The notes below the pieces were generated by a model. That model was not told the origin of the DNA, made no database searches, and worked only from the letters and a program-made list of their open reading frames with translations. The translations under genes were made by a program, and so were the position numbers. A DNA stretch of 33,649 nt from a virus, in the IMG/VR virus record IMGVR_UViG_3300016665_000159, positions 1 through 33,649 of that record. One strand, 5' to 3'. Shown piece by piece: positions 17,858-23,365 of the stretch; positions within the stretch are counted from its first letter, which is position 1, and each line of letters starts with the position of its first letter.

Positions 17858-18209
17858 GAAGTCGAGGTCTTGATTTATTGTACTCCATTTTTAACTCAAC
17901 GTGCCTTTGTAGATCTATCCCCCAGCACTCAGCGAAATCTAACAACCTTATAAAAGCATCTGCTATTTCATCTTCTAGTGTGTTGTGAACATACTTCTTA
18001 AAACAAGTAGCGTAATCGTATTGCTCACTTATTAAAACCTCGTTAAATGCTTTTAAATCGCATCTATCTTGATTTCTATCTGCTTCTAATGCTTCAGCAA
18101 GTTCCGATACTATTAACATAAGATCCATACCTATGTTGTGCGGGGCATCGTAGAAACCTTTTTCCATTGCCCTTTTGTGAATTTGTTTTTGTAGAATGTT
18201 TATCTCCAT
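17841..18209 (-). CDS. MazG-like nucleoside triphosphate pyrophosphohydrolase (122 aa from the ATG at 18209)
   Basis: The pattern LMLIVSELAEALEADR...EDEIADAFIRLLDFAECWGIDLQRHVELKMEYNKSRP fits the MazG/all-alpha NTP-PPase layout (E..E ... E..D ... K...N..R). The track start at 18218 is a TTG, and the ATG at 18209 is more likely. Confidence 0.65.
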   Translation of the reverse strand: MEINILQKQIHKRAMEKGFYDAPHNIGMDLMLIVSELAEALEADRNQDRCDLKAFNEVLISEQYDYATCFKKYVHNTLEDEIADAFIRLLDFAECWGIDLQRHVELKMEYNKSRPRLHGKSY

Positions 18210-18211
18210 GT

Positions 18212-18295
18212 TTACCAAAATTTAATTATAAAATGTATTATTATATACCATAACCATATACCTAGTGCTGGGAGTCCTAAATATATAAATATCAT
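18212..18295 (-). CDS. Possible 27-aa hydrophobic micro-peptide: MIFIYLGLPALGIWLWYIIIHFIIKFW
   Basis: Hand-translated. It exactly fills the RlpA-MazG gap, starting 2 nt after the RlpA stop (no overlap) and ending 2 nt before the MazG ATG. It forms a single TM-like helix. Confidence 0.25.
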   Translation of the reverse strand: MIFIYLGLPALGIWLWYIIIHFIIKFW

Positions 18296-18297
18296 TA

Positions 18298-18642
18298 TTA
18301 ACTTTTCCATTTGATTATATTTACCTTTACTTTAATACGCCCTGTTTTTAAATCTGCTATCTTTTTAAATGCTTTCTCGCTTAGATCTATTACATGATTT
18401 GGCATTGCACCTGTGTCATTAATCTTAACTACTACACTCTTTCCATTCTCTTTGTTGGTTACTTTAATTAAAGCTCCTAAAGGTAATTTATTTGATGCTG
18501 CTGTTAATTTATTCTTATCAAATATTTCACCGCTTTTAGTGTAGTTTCCATGAAAGCTACCACCATAGTAAGTAGCTTCGTAAAATGAACTGAGACAAAA
18601 AAAACACATTGCTATTATTATAAATCTTTCCATTCTTTCCAT
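18298..18642 (-). CDS. Secreted RlpA-like double-psi beta-barrel protein (114 aa)
   Basis: It has an N-terminal hydrophobic signal/anchor (FIIIAMCFFCLSSF). This is followed by ATYYGGSFHGNYTKSGEIFDKNKLTAASNKLPLGALIKVTNKENGKSVVVKINDTGAM...VIDLSEKAFKKI, the RlpA/DPBB signature. Confidence 0.7.
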   Translation of the reverse strand: MERMERFIIIAMCFFCLSSFYEATYYGGSFHGNYTKSGEIFDKNKLTAASNKLPLGALIKVTNKENGKSVVVKINDTGAMPNHVIDLSEKAFKKIADLKTGRIKVKVNIIKWKS

Positions 18643-18782
18643 GTTTCAAAATCTTTTAGTTTTTCAAATTGCTCTCTCTCCATTTCTAAAGCATGGTTAA
18701 AAGCTATCAACCATTCTTGGTAATTAAAAGGATCATTTTTTTGAGCTTCTAATATCTTCAATAACCATTGTGCTGATGTCAT
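18618..18782 (-). CDS. Unlisted small protein (54 aa): MTSAQWLLKILEAQKNDPFNYQEWLIAFNHALEMEREQFEKLKDFETWKEWKDL
   Basis: Hand-checked frame with no internal stop. It starts 2 nt after the exonuclease stop and overlaps the RlpA-like start. Confidence 0.4.
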   Translation of the reverse strand: MTSAQWLLKILEAQKNDPFNYQEWLIAFNHALEMEREQFEKLKDFETWKEWKDL

Positions 18783-18784
18783 AA

Positions 18785-19414
18785 CTATACGTTTTTATTT
18801 GCTAGTTGTCTAATATAATCATAATAGAATTCAATCGCTACCTTGCAACGTTCTTCTATTTGTTTTTCAATCTCTAAATCTCTTTCAATAGATAACATGG
18901 TTACTCGTGTAAATGGATCTATGTGATCTACTTCATGCAATAACTTGTTTTCGTAAGTTGTAAGAGATTCAGGAGTACTCACCATACAATAGCATACACT
19001 TGCTTTACTTCGACCATATAACATCATGTAACCTCGTAACTGCATTTCGTAGTCTTTAATGTTTATATCACTTGGTAAAGCTGGGAATGTTTCTAAAGAC
19101 CATGAAGATTTGATGTCTATTATTTCATCGTTAGTCTCATCGTTAATGTCGCATTCTCCTGTTAAGAAATCATTTTCTAGTCTAGTATCATTCTTTTTGT
19201 AGTTTGCTAATTTGATTGTGTTTAATAGCTCTATTGACTTATCTTCTACTTCTATTCCCTTTTCGACATATTTGTTTGTTATTTGAGAACTATAGCCATA
19301 GAAATCCTCTTTTGCTATCTTTATCATTTCGGATTTAGCTGTTTCGGATAAGACTTCCCCTTTTGATCTAGGGGAAATCATGATTTTCGGAAGGCTTGAG
19401 CATCTAATTTTCAT
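18785..19414 (-). CDS. PD-(D/E)XK (YqaJ/lambda Exo-like) recombination exonuclease (209 aa)
   Basis: It has an acidic/Lys catalytic pattern (GECDIND...EIIDIKSS) followed by YEMQLRGYMMLYG. It is adjacent to the ERF annealase, the usual exo/annealase pairing. Confidence 0.55.
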   Translation of the reverse strand: MKIRCSSLPKIMISPRSKGEVLSETAKSEMIKIAKEDFYGYSSQITNKYVEKGIEVEDKSIELLNTIKLANYKKNDTRLENDFLTGECDINDETNDEIIDIKSSWSLETFPALPSDINIKDYEMQLRGYMMLYGRSKASVCYCMVSTPESLTTYENKLLHEVDHIDPFTRVTMLSIERDLEIEKQIEERCKVAIEFYYDYIRQLANKNV

Positions 19415-19415
19415 C

Positions 19416-19676
19416 TTATAAATTGTTTAATTGGTTAATAATATTGCTTACTGCTGATTGTCTTTTAATATTCTCTATTTTTTCATGATATTCGTAGTTA
19501 GATTCAGCATTTACAATTATACTTTCTACTATTGAGATAACAACTTTTGTATCTAATGATTTATATTTACCTAGATCGCCTGTCGTTAATCCTTCTAGAT
19601 ATTTGTAAGCTAGTAGATTTATCTCTTTGATCTTACTATTTTCCATAGTTGTACCATTCGTATTCATATCTTTCAT
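19416..19676 (-). CDS. Hypothetical protein (86 aa)
   Basis: ORF track entry. Only 1 nt separates it from the downstream exonuclease gene. Confidence 0.45.
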   Translation of the reverse strand: MKDMNTNGTTMENSKIKEINLLAYKYLEGLTTGDLGKYKSLDTKVVISIVESIIVNAESNYEYHEKIENIKRQSAVSNIINQLNNL

Positions 19677-19695
19677 AATCTATATCGTAATTAGT

Positions 19696-19715
19696 TTCCA
19701 TTATTTTAATACTTC
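19696..19715. repeat. 20-bp direct repeat, copy 1
   Basis: The sequence ttccattattttaatacttc is identical to 19845-19864. Confidence 0.9.
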
Positions 19716-19850
19716 AATATGAAATTTAATACTTTCTAGCATTAATATCATATTCGATTTACTTAATTTATCTCTAGAATCATCTTTGAGTGCTTCTATA
19801 AATATCTCAATGATTTTTATAGTTGCTTTGTCTTTTCTATCTAATTCCAT
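19701..19850 (-). CDS. Unlisted small protein (49 aa): MELDRKDKATIKIIEIFIEALKDDSRDKLSKSNMILMLESIKFHIEVLK
   Basis: Hand-checked frame. Its start overlaps the ERF stop as TAATG. The ORF is flanked by identical 20-bp repeats. Confidence 0.4.
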   Translation of the reverse strand: MELDRKDKATIKIIEIFIEALKDDSRDKLSKSNMILMLESIKFHIEVLK

Positions 19851-19864
19851 TATTTTAATACTTC
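19845..19864. repeat. 20-bp direct repeat, copy 2 (junction of the ERF stop and the 49-aa ORF start)
   Basis: The sequence is ttccattattttaatacttc. In both copies it encodes ...EVLK-stop overlapping ATGGAA. Confidence 0.9.
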
Positions 19865-20368
19865 GCTAAGTTCTACTTCCTGTGCTGGTGTAAGTGTAAA
19901 AGTTTCTTTTAACTTAGCTACTATTTCTACTTCACCATTTATAATTCTTTCAAGTGCTTGACTAAAACCTTTGTCGTTTAATGCTGGTTTAACTTTAGTA
20001 ATATTTTGACTAGCTGTGTTCCCATCGTCATCAATTACTTCCAAACTTAAAGCACTTTGTAAACTATAACGACGGTAGTAAGTTATTTGAGAACCTCTTT
20101 GTTGAGGGTTAAGGTTACCATCTAGTTCAATTATAGATTCAATCTTTTCACCTGTTTCAACATCAATGATCTGAGTGATCACTTTGTTGTTAATAATAGG
20201 CTGTAACAATAACAAACCATTTTCTAATAACACAGGCTCAACAACTTCTAACAACGCATTAATGTCAGCGTACGTGTTTTTGAAGTGTCCGTTCTTCATT
20301 GTCTTTTTTACCTTGCCAATATTCTTTTTAGCATTCAGTAACTTTGAATAAATACTTTTCATTTTCAT
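19850..20368 (-). CDS. erf: ERF-family single-strand annealing protein (172 aa from the ATG at 20368)
   Basis: The pattern IYSKLLNAKKNIGKVKKTMKN..FKNTYADINALLEVVEPVLLENGLLLLQP...QQRGSQITYYRRYSLQSALSL is the ERF signature. The track start at 20416 would place the promoter/operator inside the ORF, so the MKMKS start is preferred. Confidence 0.75.
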   Translation of the reverse strand: MKMKSIYSKLLNAKKNIGKVKKTMKNGHFKNTYADINALLEVVEPVLLENGLLLLQPIINNKVITQIIDVETGEKIESIIELDGNLNPQQRGSQITYYRRYSLQSALSLEVIDDDGNTASQNITKVKPALNDKGFSQALERIINGEVEIVAKLKETFTLTPAQEVELSEVLK

Positions 20369-20385
20369 TAATTTTAAATTATACA

Positions 20386-20427
20386 CAAATATAATAATAA
20401 ATAACTTATCTAACAAATAAAAGTTAT
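20386..20427 (-). promoter_or_regulatory. Promoter with a palindromic operator (site A), upstream of the ERF recombination block
   Basis: The minus strand reads ATAACTTTTATTTGTTAGATAAGTTAT (20427-20401), then TTATTAT, then TATATTTG (20393-20386). A TTG lies 20 nt upstream of the box. The ATG at 20368 is 17 nt downstream. Confidence 0.55.
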
Positions 20428-20431
20428 GTTT

Positions 20432-20995
20432 TTAAGAATTTTTTAATGTTTTAATTTTCTCTTTGTACGTTTCAATGATCTCTTTTACCTCTGGAATGGT
20501 AAACTTTCTAGTTTCATTCGCTATGCTTTCCAAGTGTTCTAAACGATCTAAACCTATTCTTTCGATTAAACCTATTCTGTAATTGATTAGATTCCCTGAC
20601 AAATACTGGTTACACGTAATGCAACTGCTGTGAATATTATCTTCATTAAATCTAACATTCCAATGATTGTTAGCATTAAAGTAATGTGACGCATTTACAC
20701 GACCTCTAATAGGTTTAAAACAACTTATACAAGGTTTACCCTTATCTCTTAAATTAATGTACGTATTAACGTGCGTTTGTGCAATCTTGATCCAATCCAT
20801 CAAACTCATTAACCCCTCTTTCAATTCCTTTTTTCTAACATTCCACTCTTTCGCTTTCTTCTTTTCGCTTTTCTCTTTTGCGAGTAATTGAGCGCACTCC
20901 CATGTACATACTATTGCAGTTGTCTTTATAGGGTAAAAAAGACTCTCGCAGTATCTACATTTCTTTTGTTTTATGTTTCTATTTGTGTTCTTCAT
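20432..20995 (-). CDS. ninG: NinG/Rap-family recombination (Holliday junction) endonuclease (187 aa)
   Basis: It has the Cys clusters CRYCESLF...VCTWEC and CISCFKP...ASHYF...NIHSSCITCNQYLSGNLINY, arranged as in lambda NinG/Rap. Confidence 0.7.
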   Translation of the reverse strand: MKNTNRNIKQKKCRYCESLFYPIKTTAIVCTWECAQLLAKEKSEKKKAKEWNVRKKELKEGLMSLMDWIKIAQTHVNTYINLRDKGKPCISCFKPIRGRVNASHYFNANNHWNVRFNEDNIHSSCITCNQYLSGNLINYRIGLIERIGLDRLEHLESIANETRKFTIPEVKEIIETYKEKIKTLKNS

Positions 20996-21182
20996 CTATA
21001 TCTATTCCGTTAGCGAGTAATATATTATCCGTGTACCTTGCTAGGTAACTTAATTCCTCGTGATTTAAATCTTTAATACTTTTTATTTCTAAATTCTTTT
21101 TAATTGCATTTTTACAAGTGTTTTTTGGTTGTCCGTAAAACTCATCCAACCTAGCAAACATAATATGTATTTTAGAAATCAT
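20979..21182 (-). CDS. Hypothetical protein (67 aa)
   Basis: ORF track entry, packed with a 17-nt overlap downstream. Confidence 0.4.
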   Translation of the reverse strand: MISKIHIMFARLDEFYGQPKNTCKNAIKKNLEIKSIKDLNHEELSYLARYTDNILLANGIDIDEEHK

Positions 21183-21881
21183 TTAAAATAAAATAGTTTG
21201 AATCGATGGCATATAACTCGCATCATATCTTTTATTTTCACCTTTTGGGTATTGTTTACATTCAAATAATTTATGTTTCATAATTTCTTTTTTTTGTTTT
21301 TTACCTGATAAAACATATACATACCTGTATTTAGGCTCTCTTTTAACTTGGTATAGTTGATCTCCATATTTTTCCTTTAATTTTTCTATTCTATCTTCTT
21401 CAAACGCAAATTCGTCCATTAAAGTCCTGCTATGTATATGTTCTTTACCTTTTAGTTTCCAATCTAATTGAGTGTGACTTTCACCAGTGAATATAAAATT
21501 AGTTGCTTGATAAATGTAACCATTATGTCCTACAGATTTATCTGCATAACTTACAATTATCATAGGCTTTGGTAGTAACTTAAAAGACTCAGCAATAAAA
21601 AATGATGTCGCATTTTTATCTAAATTATCATTTGTACATAGCCTATTTAGTTCAAAAACAATATCCATATATTTTTCTCCGAATAATGATTTTTTCATAG
21701 TTAATGGTATAGCATTACCAAATGTTATTATCCCTACTAATAAATCATTTTCAAAAAGACCAAAAGAATAAGTAAATGATGTCATTCTTCTAAGATAATG
21801 TTTTTTTAACAACCATTCTTTACAATCATTTGTATTAATAGATCTTACAAAAAATTTTTTTTTAATACTCATTTTAATCAT
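21183..21881 (-). CDS. GNAT-fold, Mom-like (adenine methylcarbamoylation family) putative DNA-modification acyltransferase (232 aa)
   Basis: The pattern WLLKKHYLRRMTSFTYSFGLFENDLLVGIITFGNAIP...VFELNRLCTNDNLDKNATSFFIAESFKLL...IIVSYADKSVGHNGYIYQATNFIFTG matches, from memory, the conserved layout of Mom-family proteins. It needs an HMM check. Confidence 0.45.
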   Translation of the reverse strand: MIKMSIKKKFFVRSINTNDCKEWLLKKHYLRRMTSFTYSFGLFENDLLVGIITFGNAIPLTMKKSLFGEKYMDIVFELNRLCTNDNLDKNATSFFIAESFKLLPKPMIIVSYADKSVGHNGYIYQATNFIFTGESHTQLDWKLKGKEHIHSRTLMDEFAFEEDRIEKLKEKYGDQLYQVKREPKYRYVYVLSGKKQKKEIMKHKLFECKQYPKGENKRYDASYMPSIQTILF

Positions 21882-21903
21882 TTTTAATTGTTTCTCTTAC
21901 TTC
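21869..21903. repeat. 35-bp direct repeat, copy 1 (junction upstream of the Mom-like gene)
   Basis: The sequence is tcattttaatcatttttaattgtttcTcttacttc. It is identical to 22651-22685 except at one position (21895 t versus 22677 c). Confidence 0.9.
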
Positions 21904-21978
21904 TATCTTACTAGTACCTTTTGGTAGTTCAAAGAGTTCATCTAGTTTGTTTAGTAAAACGTGTATTTTCTTAATCAT
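21874..21978 (-). CDS. Possible 34-aa ORF (MIKKIHVLLNKLDELFELPKGTSKIEVRETIKND), whose 3-prime end duplicates the end of the 95-aa ORF at 22656..22943
   Basis: Hand-checked frame. It may be only a by-product of the 35-bp junction duplication. Confidence 0.25.
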   Translation of the reverse strand: MIKKIHVLLNKLDELFELPKGTSKIEVRETIKND

Positions 21979-22663
21979 TTAATTCGTCAAAAATAGAAAT
22001 TTGCTTTTCATCTTTCTTTCTTATAATACCTAAAGCAGTTTCAAAAATAGTTCTTCCAGCTTTATAGTCTACCAGGTTACGTGCCATTTTAATTATTGAT
22101 TGATTACCTTGATATAAATTGAAATCATAATCATGAAACTTACACAATGCTGATAATTCGTTTTTTTCTTGTGATATTTTGAAACCTCTATCGTTACAAT
22201 CATTAGGCAAATTAAAATTAGTCCAGTATAAATGTCTACCCCTTTTTTGTGCTTGGATTAAAGGTTCATAGTACGGAATTACGTTTTCAACGACAAATTT
22301 ACCATGTTTATAATAATGCTGTAAAAACAATATTTCTTCATATAATTTTAAATCTGCATAGATAGGTTCTGTAGTCGTGTCGTAGTTTGAACTATTCCAA
22401 TACCTGGCACGTGAATGACTTGGACATGGAGGGCTTGACCAGATAAAATCAAAATCTTTATAATGGTCTAATAAATATTGGTGAGCATCTGCGACTATTA
22501 CCTTGTCATTTGGAAATCTTTCTTGATATAATCTTGCTGCTTCGGAGTCTAATTCAACCGCTGTAACTTCTATTTCAATTCCTTTTTCTTTTGCTACCTC
22601 GTCCCATTTATAACGATTCCCACCCAAACAAGCATATAAATTTAATATCTTCATTTTAATCAT
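21971..22663 (-). CDS. DNA (cytosine-5)-methyltransferase, compact (230 aa)
   Basis: It carries motif I (LNLYACLGG), motif IV (SSPPCPSHS, catalytic Pro-Cys), motif VI (VVENV) and motif VIII (QKRGRHLYW). The region between VIII and the C-terminal motifs, where the target-recognition domain would sit, is very short. Confidence 0.7.
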   Translation of the reverse strand: MIKMKILNLYACLGGNRYKWDEVAKEKGIEIEVTAVELDSEAARLYQERFPNDKVIVADAHQYLLDHYKDFDFIWSSPPCPSHSRARYWNSSNYDTTTEPIYADLKLYEEILFLQHYYKHGKFVVENVIPYYEPLIQAQKRGRHLYWTNFNLPNDCNDRGFKISQEKNELSALCKFHDYDFNLYQGNQSIIKMARNLVDYKAGRTIFETALGIIRKKDEKQISIFDELND

Positions 22664-22685
22664 TTTTAATTGTTTCCCTTACTTC
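22651..22685. repeat. 35-bp direct repeat, copy 2 (junction upstream of the C5-methyltransferase gene)
   Basis: The sequence is tcattttaatcatttttaattgtttcCcttacttc. It covers the codons ...EVRETIKND-stop of the upstream ORF and MIKM of the downstream gene. Confidence 0.9.
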
Positions 22686-22943
22686 CTTTTCTAACTTGTT
22701 TTTTCTAGTCTTATATCTTACACCTCTTAGATCTTCATTCTGCTCTTGGAGTTTTTGTCGAATCCTTCTAATACTTTCGAAGTGCGTAACATGACCATTG
22801 TATATTTGGTTTATAGTAACAGATGCATGACACTCATCAAAATTACTCCAATACATTGCAACTAATTTTAAATCGCAGTCTCGTGTCTCAGGATACTTCT
22901 GTAATAATATTCTTACATTCTGTTTAATCTCACTTGTTATCAT
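22656..22943 (-). CDS. Hypothetical protein (95 aa), first gene behind the promoter at 22966-22997
   Basis: ORF track entry. Its ATG lies 22 nt downstream of a TATATTTG box. Confidence 0.5.
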   Translation of the reverse strand: MITSEIKQNVRILLQKYPETRDCDLKLVAMYWSNFDECHASVTINQIYNGHVTHFESIRRIRQKLQEQNEDLRGVRYKTRKNKLEKEVRETIKND

Positions 22944-22965
22944 AACTTTTAGTTTTAAATTTCTA

Positions 22966-22997
22966 CAAATATAACTTTTATTTTTAATATAAGTTAC
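22966..22997 (-). promoter_or_regulatory. Promoter with a palindromic operator overlapping the -7 box (site D)
   Basis: The minus strand reads GTAACTTATATTAAAAATAAAAGTTAT (22997-22971), whose last 3 nt begin TATATTTG (22973-22966). The ATG at 22943 is 22 nt downstream. Confidence 0.5.
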
Positions 22998-22999
22998 TT

Positions 23000-23365
23000 T
23001 TATAATTCTTTTATTAAAATATCTAATTTATTTTTAAGTTCTCTATTCTCATTCTCCAAAGATAAGATATAGTTTTCAGTATCGTTATTTGATGTTTTAA
23101 CGGCTTCTAACGAATTATATTCTCTTTTTAGTATATAATATCTTTCGTTTACTTTATCGTTCATCTGAGATACTGTTTTGAGGTTTTGCTCTAAATTTCT
23201 AAAATCTTTAAGGACTAGTGTTAGTTCGTGAATACTTTCATTCATTGAATCAATTAAGTCTTTACGATCTTTATGTTTTAGTTCGATGTCTTGGACTGAG
23301 TTTTGAATCTTAATTATGTTTTTTAAAAGCCTTTGTTGGCTCAATATTAAATCTAGTTCTTTCAT
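23000..23365 (-). CDS. Coiled-coil protein (121 aa)
   Basis: ORF track entry with a heptad-like Leu/Lys/Glu/Asn composition. Its start overlaps the stop of the upstream ATPase gene by 1 nt. Confidence 0.45.
   Translation of the reverse strand: MKELDLILSQQRLLKNIIKIQNSVQDIELKHKDRKDLIDSMNESIHELTLVLKDFRNLEQNLKTVSQMNDKVNERYYILKREYNSLEAVKTSNNDTENYILSLENENRELKNKLDILIKEL

Noticed and set aside
19636-19701. A 21-aa ORF (METNYDIDYERYEYEWYNYGK) starting at the second TAATG junction.
   Set aside because: It is very short and overlaps the start of the 86-aa ORF in another frame. It is most likely just the duplicated ATGGAA junction rather than a gene.
20066-20086. An ATAAC-N9-AAGTTAT element inside the ERF gene, and an ATAACTT half-site at 33551, considered as additional operator copies.
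   Set aside because: The spacing differs from the 7-13-7 architecture or the second half-site is missing. One is intragenic, the other is a lone half-site in the 3-nt gap overlapping the connector-gene start codon, and neither has an adjacent -7 box.
20369-20416. N-terminal extensions given by the track for the ERF gene (start 20416), the 25734 ORF (start 26168), the 13553 ORF (start 14188) and MazG (TTG at 18218).
   Set aside because: The extensions would place the operator/promoter sequences inside coding DNA, or would create long overlaps with upstream genes. Internal ATGs at 20368, 26132, 14158 and 18209 fit the 17-23 nt spacing from the -7 boxes or give tighter packing.
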